In this document: piece after piece, positions 53,425-64,000 of the stretch
How the letters are laid out: every line of letters begins with the position of its first letter
How positions within the stretch are numbered: position 1 is the first letter of the stretch
NCBI RefSeq assembly: GCF_000143415.4
Contig: NW_003314295.1
Coordinates: forward strand, 1,426,907-1,490,906
Source of the DNA: Selaginella moellendorffii
Lineage: Eukaryota > Plantae > Lycopodiophyta
DNA: 64,000 nucleotides
Direction: 5' to 3'
Program-made: the position numbers and the translations under genes
The notes under the pieces: model-generated
Told to the model about the DNA's origin: nothing
Databases searched by the model: none
The model's input: the letters and a program-made list of their open reading frames with translations, nothing else

Positions 53425-56077
53425 TTAATTGAGCTTTGCATAAGTATATAGAGTTCTGCCTTGCAGAAATTCCTCCATTAGATCTCGCGCGTTCGGTAGG
53501 TTCTCCTCTGGTTCCCATGTTGCTTCGCAGTGTGGAAATCCTTTCCACTTCACATGGAACTTTCTCACCTCGCGTCCTTGTCGCTTGCTCTTGCGCGCAT
53601 TGAGGATGGCCTCGACTTTGTATTCCTCTTCCCCTTGGATAACCTCAGGTAAAGGTCTTACTTGGTCCTTGCAAAGCGGATCCTCAAAATACGGCTTGAG
53701 TAAGTTCACGTGGAACACGGGATGCATCTTCCCCATCTTTCGAGGAAGTCGGAGACGGTAAGCCACTTTACCGATTCGAGCCTCAATCTCGTAAGGCCCC
53801 GCGAACCTACTTAAGGAACTCAAGATCAATTCATTTATAGGAATACATGCATTTTTACCTTTGGGTCAACTTCCAGCTAATCCCACTTGGTAGCCTGAGG
53901 TTCTTGGTGTTCAGCCACACCTTCTCCCTAGCTTGGAACTCTACATCCCGGCACTTCTAGTTTGCGTACTTAGTTTGCCTTTGTTGAGCTCATTCCAAGG
54001 AATCCCTCACTAGATTCCAGATGTTGAGTCTTTCCGCCGTGAATGCCTCCACTGCGGGTAACTCTCCATGATACTCGGCCACGCCGAATTCCACAGGACC
54101 TTCAATAGCTCGCCCATTGATGACTTCCCATGGACTCACCCCGATGCTCGAATATGGTGAGTTGTTATAACACATTTCCGCAAGTCCCAAATGACTTACC
54201 CAATCGGTTTAGTCTTTCGAGACATAGCATCGCAAATAATCCTCCAGCTACCTATTCACCCTTTCCGTTTGTTCGTCTGTCAAGAAGTGTTAGTACCATC
54301 AATCTTGACTTAATACCCATTACCTGTCTGTGGGTGATAGGCTATGCTGAATTTCAACTTGGTGCGATACTGTTCTAGGAGTGTCCTCTAGAACCTACTG
54401 GTGAAGATCTTATCTCGATCTGAGATAATCTTTTCCGGCCTCCCCCGCACTCAAACCACTTGTTCGAAAAACAGCTTCGCCACACCTTCCGCGTCCACTT
54501 CCGTTGTGGTGGGTATGAAATGTGCCATCTTCGAAAATCGATCCACCACCACGAATATCGCATCGAACCCCTCGCTTGGGGGAAGTCCCGTGATGAAGTC
54601 CATCGTAAGACATTTTCACAGACGATCTGGAATTGGGATGCTTTGTAACAAGCCCCCACTAGCCTTAGTCACGGCTTTGACTTGCTGACATGTTGAACAT
54701 GTCTTTACATAGTCTTGGACATCCTTAGCCATATCTGGCCAGTGGTACTTTCTCTTGAGTAAACCCATTGTTTTGGGCACTCCGCCGTGTCCCGCAAGAG
54801 GTCCGTCATGACACTCTTCTAAGGCTACCTTCCTTAGTTCCCCTTCTGGAACATACACCCTCGTTTGCTTGTAATATATGAGTCCGTTGCGTTCCGCATA
54901 GCCCGTTTTCTCTTCCGTTGGCAGCTCACCTCTCTGGTGAGCTTCCTGTGCCTCTAGATTCCTCAGCAACACTTCTTGTGCTAGACCATCGTTCTCGTAT
55001 GCGGTCCGCACATCATCCCAAAAGGTTGCCGTCACGCTAGATATAGCCAACTTCAAGCTCGCTTTTCGACTTAGCGCATCTGCCACGATGTTGCTCTTCC
55101 CAGGCTTGTACAGAATCTCGCAATCAAACTCGGCCAAAGCATTGGCCCACCAACCTTGTTTTCCCCTCAAGTCGGGCTGTGACAAGAAGTGTTTCATTGC
55201 CACATTATCCGTGTAAACCTTGAAGTGTCTCCCAAGGTAGTGTTGCCACTCCTTGAGCGTTTTGACCACCGCAAACAATTCCTTCTCATGGGCAGGCCAC
55301 TTCCGTTGAGCCTTGTCCAACTTCTTCGAGAAGAACGCTACTGGATGGTTGTCTTGCTTCAAAACTGCGCCCAACGCAAAGTCTGAAGCATCCGTTTTTA
55401 CCTCAAAGTCTTTACCAAAGTCTAGTAACACCAACACGGGAGCCTTCCTCAACTTCCCTTTGAGGTGGACGAATGCCGCCTCGCATTCCGCTGTCCATAC
55501 CATCTTCCCTTTTCCCATTTGGTCTGTTAAGGGTAGGGCTACTCTCGAATAATGTTTGATAAACTTTCGATAATAGTTGCATAGCTCCAGGAATGCCCTT
55601 AACTCATGTACATTCGATGGTCGCTCCCAATCCTGGATCACTTGGACCTTCTCAGGGTCCACCTTGAGCTCGTCCTTGCCCACCACATGCCCGAGAAACT
55701 TCACCTCTTGCTGAGCAAAGTCACATTTGCTCTCTTTAGCATACAGCTGGTGTTCCCTTAGTTTCTCAAACACCTTCGCCAAGTGTTTGGCATGCTCCTC
55801 TAGCGTTTCGCTATAGATCAAGATGTCGTCAATATAGATGACCACAAAGTGATCCAGATAGGGTATAAAGATATGGTTCATCAACGCCGAAAACGTTGCC
55901 GGCGCATTGCATAGCCCGAAGGGCATCACCAGAAACTCGAAGCTCCCATACCTCGTTCGACAGGTTGTCTTCTCGACATCTTCCTCTACTACCCTGATTT
56001 GGTAGTATCCTAACCTGAGGTTAATCCTCGAGAAGTATTTTGCCTTTCCCAACCTATCGAACAAGTCCTCAATCCTT
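53425..56077 (-). mobile_element. Chromoviral Ty3/Gypsy pol (RT-RNaseH-INT-chromodomain), 5'-truncated
   Basis: Motifs VMPFGLCNAPATF, YIDDILIYS, TDASDFALGAVL, HDGPLAGHGG..CSTCQ, GPYEI and chromodomain YKVEAIL..KWKGFP..ATWEPEENL. Integrase core is frameshifted. The sequence breaks off at RIEDLFD (~56077). Confidence 0.95.
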
Positions 56078-56453
56078 GAAGCTCTATTTCGTTAAAGTGG
56101 GAATTGTCATTATCCCACTTGTAAAATAAGGTTTCCAAACCTTTATATAGTATATAAATATAACAAAATTCAACTGCATTGAGGCACATGCCATTTTATT
56201 TTAAACAAGGAAATGTCTACTCAATCACTTCTCACTGCTTCACCTCTCTCTTCTCCTTGTCATCGTCGTCCAATTTCTTTCCATCCTTTTAATATTGGCT
56301 CAGTTGCTCCGAGTCTAGGTGGAGCCCAAGTCCCCATTCAATCTTTACTTTCCCCTTATTAATAAAACAACTTCGTAGACTTCCAATAACATGCTGTAAC
56401 ACTTCTAGTATAATGCAAATCCTCTCAAAGAATTGTCTTTTAATATTAATACA

Positions 56454-59400
56454 ATGGCATGGAACCCCATGCCATAATAAGTTACATTTTTAAATAAATA
56501 CATGCCATCTCAGACTGTTATTTTTTGCCTCCAACGCCTATACAATAATCTTGGAATTTCATCACTCTCCACACTATCAGGATTTAAACCCAATAGTAAT
56601 GCCATCTCTTCTCTAATACGTCCACGCTCATGTTCAGTGGTCGAAGAACCCATCCGGTTGAGCAGATTATGGAGATGCGGATAGTGCTTGGCTAGACAAT
56701 ATACATGCCATAAATGATGACTGGTGTCTGTCCGATCAAATGGCTTCTGATATACCGTTCCATCTGCCATTTGGTTGATTTCTGCAGCCACCTCCTGGAC
56801 TGGCCGGTTCTCTATCACCATCGCTTCAAGCCGTTTTGCAAGGTCCCCCAGAACATACGGTTTCTTCTCCCTAGTTTCCATATTGCAAGAGATGGGGTGC
56901 ACTGCATATGTGTGCGTGTTCGCTGCAGTTTTAATCGGCGAGTCATCGATGATGAGGATTTCACTTGACCTAGCAGTCCGGTTCATCACTACAGCCTTTG
57001 CCTTGACGAAGATGGGCTTGCTACCCCTCACATGGACCATAGTCAAGCAATCCTCCTGCGTTAGGAGAAAGTCAAATGGTAATATTACTCGCGTCTGATC
57101 GTGCATCATCTGTAGCAACGTTAATGCATTGTGGCGCATCATGGATGTCCAAACTCCCAATTGCAAATTGAACCCGGCCCTCTGTTTTAAGTGTCGCATG
57201 GTCATTATTAGATCCCGCAGTTTCTCCCGTGTGATTAATGTGAATCTGTCTCTTTTGACCAACTTGCGACTGCAGGCTTTGGAGGGTGCAGTGACATTCG
57301 AGGACGAGCCACGCTCATGGGAGAAAAGGACACCGTTCAGATCAAAAACGATACAGTACTTTCGCCGTGACTCTGAAATGAAATGCGTTAGCATAAAAAA
57401 TGGTACAAGTCAATTTTACCATCTACAATATTAGCGAATGGTGCTCCCGATGGTCGTTCAGAGGGTTTTGGTCGAGGAAACGTGAAGGGCGGAAATACTC
57501 TCCTCTGCAATGTGGGGTCAATCGCATCCGATGGCGTGTGGGCACATGCCATTTCAGCTGTAGACTCTGGTACAACTGGCTCAACAGTGGCATGGGGTGG
57601 TTCCGATGGCGTGTGATCACACGCCATTTCAGCTGGTGCCTCCATTGGCAAAGTGGACATGACCGAACAGGCAGCAGGGGCGGTGTAGGGAGGTTCCAAC
57701 GGCGCGTAGTCAGACGATTGGGCACATGTTGAGTCCGTTGGAAATGAGGATACGACCGGCTCGGCGGCTGGGGCGGCCTCATGCGAGTCCAATGGCGCCT
57801 GGTCACCGTCAGTTGGATACGTGGACAAGATTGACTCAGTGGTATGGGCAGCATCAAGTGGAGCGTGGTCAGCTTGCTTGGCGTTGATATGGATAGTAGC
57901 CTCCACCAGCTCTGATGACTCTTGCAGGCAAGTAGAGTCCACTGGCGGATCCATATGCATGTCCAAATATCTCCCTTCGATTGAGATGGTATCCTCCCGT
58001 GCTACTAAAAACAAACTCATTAGCACATTGAATCGACTATACTGTATTTACCATCAACTGCTATTGAGGAACTAGGACCGATATCACTTGGGCGCACTGC
58101 TGATTCTGAAGGATTGGACATACGTTTCGACCCTTGCTTGGCACTATCCTTCCTCGACACTAAAGGCTAGAGTTTGTATCTTAATTCAACTGAATAATCT
58201 CTACTTACCATTTCTTCTGCGACCTACATGGACAATGTTAGAAATGGTAAAAGGTTAGGAATGGATGTACTATTATTTACCTGATGGTTTGTCTTGTATG
58301 ACCTTCCTCCGCTGCTCTTTGGCCACCTCAGGCTGGCCATCATCGTCATCATCGTCATCGTCGTTATTGTGATCGTCACCATTGTGAGGACCATCCAAGT
58401 CCTCTTCGTCCTCCTCTTCTTCGTCCTCCTCTTCGTCCTTCTGCTCTTCCTGCTCATTATCTTTCTCTGGCTCCTCATCCCCCTCTTGCATTTCTTCCAT
58501 AGGCTGCTCAGGCTGGATTGCTTGTTTTTCCAGGACCATCTTGGAAAAATCATCTGGCCGAGTCTCCATCTCAAAATACAAGACATCCATAGCCTGTTTT
58601 AGTGCGTGACCTAGGACCGTATCCTCACCCGACTGTCTTAACATGGTTTCTGCACGTTCTTGCACCCTTCGAAGACGACGAGATGAGAAAAACGTGGCCC
58701 TGACTTGAAAAGCATCCCTCATCCATTGTACCTCTCCATTGAGATTGGGGAAGGGGAGTCCGCCATAGGAATCTGAGTCAGAAGGTGGTGACTGGCTCCT
58801 TTCACTCAGCCCTTGATCTGCAATGAATGGCATGAGCACACACGCCATAACCGCGAGGCATTACCTATCATCTTTTCGTTGCCCTTCTTCCTTTTCGAAT
58901 CAAACGCCTCTGATCCCGACGACTGTCCAACGTGCTTTCGCTTTTTATGACCACTGTCAGTTTGAGCTTGGCTGGTGCTTGCCTGTTTTGCCTTTGAAGA
59001 AGTGTCTCCTGCAAGGAATGGCATGAGACCACACGCCATTGCAAATATAATTTGTACCTCCTTTTTTCCTATTGCTTGTCTGTTTGTCCTTCTTCGACGC
59101 GCCACCAGTGCGCTTTTCAGTCCTCGTGTCTGAATATTCACAACGATCTATAATCAAAATGGCGTGAGGCCTCACGTGACCTTACCTTGTGCAGGTTGTG
59201 ACCTCGGCCTAACATCAGTAGCTGTTAACGCCGTTTCAGCATCTGGGGGTGGCCACGCTCCTGCATACAGAGCTTGTGAGATAACATTTAAACTTAAAGT
59301 GCGTACTCACCAGGTTCGTAGAGAAGATACTGTTTTTCTTTGGCAACTGTAATTATATGCTCCATTGAAGTCACCTCTTCAATGGAGTTTGTCACCGCAA

Positions 59401-62400
59401 CACACGGGACACCCTTGAGTAGTGCGGCTCGAAAGAATAGTCCGCCGCAGTTGTACTCGACAACGCATTTGCCCTTGGAGTCACCCGCTATTGCATTGAA
59501 GACCCAGCTGAGCATTTCCCATGCTGCACCTGGAGCTTTCTTTGGATTCGAAAGCTCCATAGCCGTCTTCAGTTCCTCAGGCACGGGTAAATTGACCTCC
59601 CTCAGATCAATTCGATCGGCTTTGTTGAACGAAGCTGGGAAGTCACTCCAGTCCCACTCTGCTGCAGGACCAATAACAAGGGCGACTGTGAAGATGCGGA
59701 CATTCGTCGGTATCTTCTTCTTAGCCATTATCCCATGGATCTCCCGCATCTCCTTGCCTTTCAACCGAGCCTTCACCTCGTTCAAGGCCTTCCAGAACTT
59801 GTGATAGGATTCGGAGTCGTAGATCATATAGTGGACTGAAGATTCCACCTTCGCAAGTCCCACCATTAAGTCAATGATGGAGCTGACTTCGTCTGCATGA
59901 GTGATCTCCTCGTTTGTGAAGTCCATCACACAAAAGATGTTCTTGACCTGCTCATCTCCGCGGGAAACGATGCTCCTCCACCTTTGATCCTCATCCGAAT
60001 TCACGTATACCCGGTAAGGTTCTCAATAGGCCTCTGCTGCGGGGTCGAGCTGTTTCTGAAGCCGGCGGTCGACATCCCTCTTAATGAAATTTGGATACTG
60101 ATCCAACTTTTCAGCTTTACTTTTCGTGGCATCCCGCAGCAGATCGATGAACTTGGGGGCCCCCTTCACGTACTCGTCGATGTCTTCATTTGACAAATCC
60201 AGCTCTTCCATCATCTCTTGCGTGGTGTCGATGCTCACCCTCGCCACGGCCACTTGCTCGAAGATCCAATCCTTCAATAGCGCACGAGCTCTCAGAGTCG
60301 TGCACAAGTCCTCGTATGTCACAATATGGCCGGGAGTCATTTTGGTCTTGTTGAAGACTACCTCACCACGTAGAAGAGCATTAGCCACTGTCAGAAGGTC
60401 GTCGTCGTCTAGAGACCGCGAGAAACGCAAGGCGTTGAGCTTCAAATCATTGGGCTTCCGGCCGTCCTCCACACCCATTGAGTTTAGCAACTCCCCGTCA
60501 TGGTACCTTCTTATCACATCTACCCATTTGTCAAAAACAACTTTTGTCGCGAGTAGAATGTTATGGATGCTGAGTGTGTCATTGACCCCCAGTGTTTTCG
60601 AGAGAAGACACGAGAATTCCTGCAATGGAAATGGCGTGAGGCCACATGCTATGCCACATGCAACGAGGCTTACCTGCCAGGCGCTAGTTGCTAGTGCACA
60701 TCCTTGTCCTGGTTTTTGTGGCTTCTTCAGTTGAACCCAGAGCTTCCGTGTTCGTGCCAATGTCTCGTGCAGACCCGATTTGTAGCACGTTTCTTGCTTG
60801 ACATTCTGCGCGTGGGAGATGTATATGATAGATCGGAGGGGCGAGTTGCCTTTTATCAGGCGGACAACTCTTGTCTTGAAGACTTTCTTCACCTCCTCGC
60901 CCACCATAATATCCACAACTATCTGTTGCATCGCCAAGCTAGAATGCTGCCCGGAGACGGCATAGAACCGGATGTTCTGATCGTCCAACACCTTCCTATT
61001 GATCAAGTCTGGAAACCTCGTCTCGCCCTTCATTGTTCGGTAGTAGGGGATCACGTCTACGATGTCGGGTGTTACTGGACTTGCCAGCATCTTCTGCTTC
61101 AGTTTCTCCACCCACTCATCAGATACTAGCCTGTGGTTGTATTTGCTTTGGATCTCGATACGGCTCACGTCGATTGTATATACTTTGTTGGAATAGTAAC
61201 AAGTACTATTATCTGCGACGATTTTTGCTGCCTCTTCTTGCTCTTTCTGCTCTTTGCGGCTCTTCTTTTTGGTGGGTGTAGTGTTCGAACCCGAGGCAAT
61301 GGCATCACCGAGTAGCTTCTTTTTTGGAGCAGCAAAGTCGGACGTCGGCTTGAGCTTGACCACCCTTTTCTGCTTCGGGGTAGTTTCCAGATCGACCCCC
61401 TTCCCCTTCGCTTCGCAAACTGGAGGCACTCTCAACGGCTCAATGTTGGAATATAGTTTTTGAACATCGCCGTAGGTGAGGTCCGTGGATTCCATGTGAT
61501 CTTCATAGACCCGCAGCGTCTTTGAAATTGTGGGCCTCCTGGACAACCTCTCCCTAGCTCCCTCTAGGAATTCCTCATAGCCGCTGCCCCCCTCCGGGAA
61601 GCCGCTAGGATGTGCAAGGTGGATCTTGAAGGCGGACGTTGTCTCTACCACAAGTGCCAGTCCATATTCTTGCATGGAACTGCATGGAGTGTCTGTCACT
61701 TGGATGAGGATCCCCATGCATTCTTTTCTCCCACCATCTGTGTTGTACAGCATCAGATCCTCGCCTTCCATCCCGAAAGTCCAACTGGTGAGCTCCTCCC
61801 CCTTCTCTGCATCCACATTGACAGTGGCTGGAAGAAGAACGCAATTCCTCGCCTGTTCAAAAATGCACAACAATTAGAGCTGACAGATGAAAAGCTAGCA
61901 GCTGGAAATAACGTGAGGCCACACGCCATTCACCACTGCATCAGATGTCTTGAGGCTGCATCCTAAGATGGCGTGAGGCTACACGCCATCTGTAACCGGA
62001 CTGCACTCGAGAGCCCAATCGGTGCATGCCAATGTTGCTACTGAATGGCATGTGGCCTCATGCCATTTTCTACTTCGTCTAAAAGACTTACCATTTGAAG
62101 CCGAATGGAGGCCGTGACAATCGAGGCCGGACTCGCTGGCGAATGTGCACTGTGTGTGCAGCGGATCGTAGCAGCAAGGCTACTCTGCCACTTACAGTTG
62201 GAGAGTGGTGCTGAAATCTCCCGGGACGCCAAGTGGGCTGCGTGTGGGTGGTGGAGTGGGCGGCGGAGTTGGCGGCGAAGTTACAAACTGGGTGTGTCTT
62301 GAAGTGGACGCCGATGCACACGAGCGCGAGTGGACGCCGATGCACACGAGAAACCTGTAGAGAAGTGAGCGTGATCGCGAGTGGGAGCGCGATGCGAGCG

Positions 62401-63180
62401 GGAGCGCAAGTGTGATGCGAGCGCGAGCGCGAGTGTGCGAGCGCGAGTACAAAGCAAAATGCAAAACCTAACCTCACACGCGCGAAATGTCACAACGGTT
62501 GGTAATCCCGCCACGTCATCATTCCTCGGACTTGGGCGCCACCATTAATTTCTGGATTGCCGCGCGCATGCAAGCACGCAAAATCCAAAAGAAATCCGCA
62601 ACGTCATCATTCCTCAGACTGCATGCACGCGAAATCCAAAAGAAAGATCATGATTGGGATATCATTTAATACCCTCACTATATTTATACCATGCATGATT
62701 GGATATTCCAAAGCATCTTGTATTTCCAAAAATGGCAGATGTTCAGCTAAATAAAGAAATTCTATCTGTTTCTATTTTTCTCTCAAATCAATATTATAGC
62801 ATGCAATTTTGAACCAAAGAAACCCAAAAAACGTTGGACCCAAAATATTTTGAAAAAACCCAAAAAACCCTAAACATTTTAAACCCAAAAATCCAGGCGT
62901 CCTGTGGCGTTATTCCTTGAATGGCGTGTGGGCGCATGCCATTTTCAGGGCCAAATGCTGAATGGAGAAAAATTCCCTTTCAGTGCAAATGCTGCAAGAG
63001 GCAGATGCCGAGCACAAAAGACTGTAACTACCTCACATGACACAGATAAACTTTTCTCTATTTGGCAAAGATAAACTTTATAGCGTGTGGGCTCATGCAA
63101 TTTTGAACCCAAAAAATGCACCAAAAAATTCTCGGCGTCATCTGGCATTATCTCTTGAATGGCGTGGGGCCGCATGCCAT
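56454..63180. repeat. Dispersed 22-bp palindrome ATGGCRTG-N6-CAYGCCAT (at least 13 copies)
   Basis: Copies start at 56454, 57531, 57606, 58827, 59018, 59159 (partial), 60631, 61908, 61968, 62045, 62921, 63080 and 63159. Confidence 0.92.
56510..62094 (-). CDS. Predicted 11-exon ~1,630-codon gene: ParB/Srx-like domain, degenerate amino-methyltransferase-like domain, acidic/NLS linker and FCP1/NIF-like HAD phosphatase (one in-frame TGA)
   Basis: Hand-spliced exons: ATG 62094-62092; 61852-60674; 60619-59311; 59260-59186; 59129-59058; 59008-58865; 58817-58281; 58223-58209; 58159-58052; 58004-57420; 57372-56510. All introns are GT..AG and frame-preserving. The phosphatase motifs IVFDLNGVL, GVWTS, TQEDC, KPIFVK and IIDDSPIK are clear. 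The ParB and MTase calls are weaker. Confidence 0.72.
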
Positions 63181-63765
63181 TTTCAGGGGCACATAGGAGT
63201 ATATTCCTAGGATATTCTGACACACGCGAGATTTTTTTGAGTTTTCTGGAGATCCAACCGTTAGATCGCAACTAGATTTTACAGAATGGTATACAATGTC
63301 TTTCTTGATGACCCTGCAAAGAAGCATCTCAATCGGACACCACATGAGACCACACGAGCCTTACAATGTTTCAGGGGCATTTGCCATAGATCCGACCGTT
63401 ATTTTGCTCCAAGATTTCACAGTTTGGTGTGCATTGACCTTTCCATCGAAACTGCAAAGGGACATCACAATCAGATGCGGGATCACAAGAAACTAACTTC
63501 ACTAACTCTGGTTTCACCAAGATCTACGTAAGGAGTTATGAAATGAAAGGACCCTCTCTATTGAAATGTGTTTATGGTCCTAGGGGCATTGTGACATATC
63601 AAAGGATTTTGCATCAAGTTCTGTATTTGCATGTTTATCAAGCTACTGAATTGCTAAACCCTAAACCCTAAACCCTAAACCCTAAACCCTAAACATGTGG
63701 CAAATGCTGCGTGAAGAAAGATGCCCTTTCTGGGCAAATGCTGTAAGAGGCAGATGCCGAGCAGA
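62800..63765. repeat. Direct repeats upstream of the ParB-like gene
   Basis: 62883-62950 is similar to 63105-63190, and 62952-63014 is similar to 63701-63763 (CAAATGCTG..GAGGCAGATGCCGAGCA). Confidence 0.75.
63654..63694. repeat. Interstitial plant telomere repeat (CCCTAAA) x ~5.5
   Basis: Direct reading of CTAAACC-CTAAACC.. array. Confidence 0.9.
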
Positions 63766-64000
63766 TGTATCTCAGGCTAGCGAAGGGGACGAACGAAAGC
63801 TAGCTATAAACATGACGGGATGCAAATAGATTACTAGGCTGGTCCTACGAAAATCAAAAACCATAATTGAAAACATTGAAAATGCAAAAAGAAAGGTTTA
63901 TAATATTTTTGAATTTTAGGCAACCAAAGGAATGTAAGTAAGGCATGTGTTTGTAAGTTTAAAAATGCCTCAACCACTTAAATTCCCAAGTAAATAAAGC

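Noticed and set aside
52420-53451. Long overlapping ORFs (343, 315, 211 and 205 aa) with SD/RT/LG/RS dipeptide runs
   Set aside because: Products of a stop-free 6/12-bp satellite, open in most frames; no evidence of a real protein.
56454-63180. CRISPR-like array from the recurring palindrome
   Set aside because: Spacing is irregular (tens of bp to over 1 kb), the context is eukaryotic and intron-containing, and no cas genes are present.
63654-63694. Chromosome end
   Set aside because: Only ~5 repeats with ordinary sequence on both sides.

Overview
Land-plant genomic DNA. Introns of about 50 bp, a dense gene core, a (CCCTAAA)n tract and assembly gaps fit a compact genome such as the lycophyte Selaginella (inference). 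A gene-rich core at 15-32 kb holds an ERN1/RAP2.11-like AP2/ERF gene, two tandem purine permeases, a large KP-43/TagA-type S8 protease with Ig-like repeats and a divergent M18 aspartyl aminopeptidase. Nested, decayed LTR retroelements flank this core: three Ty3/Gypsy remnants, a non-coding LTR family with a solo LTR and an internal inversion, and an intact 5S-bearing Cassandra-type TRIM. An orphan secreted 8-Cys peptide ORF lies among the repeats. The most unusual region is 56.1-63.8 kb. Manual splicing joins about ten ORF fragments into one ~1,630-codon minus-strand gene: ParB/Srx-like domain, degenerate amino-methyltransferase-like domain, NLS/acidic linker and FCP1-like HAD phosphatase. The gene and its flanks carry at least 13 copies of a 22-bp palindrome (ATGGCRTG-N6-CAYGCCAT), many inside its own introns. 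This is a candidate self-recognising, parS- or VANC-like mobile system. Domain calls are from motifs read by eye; no searches were run.
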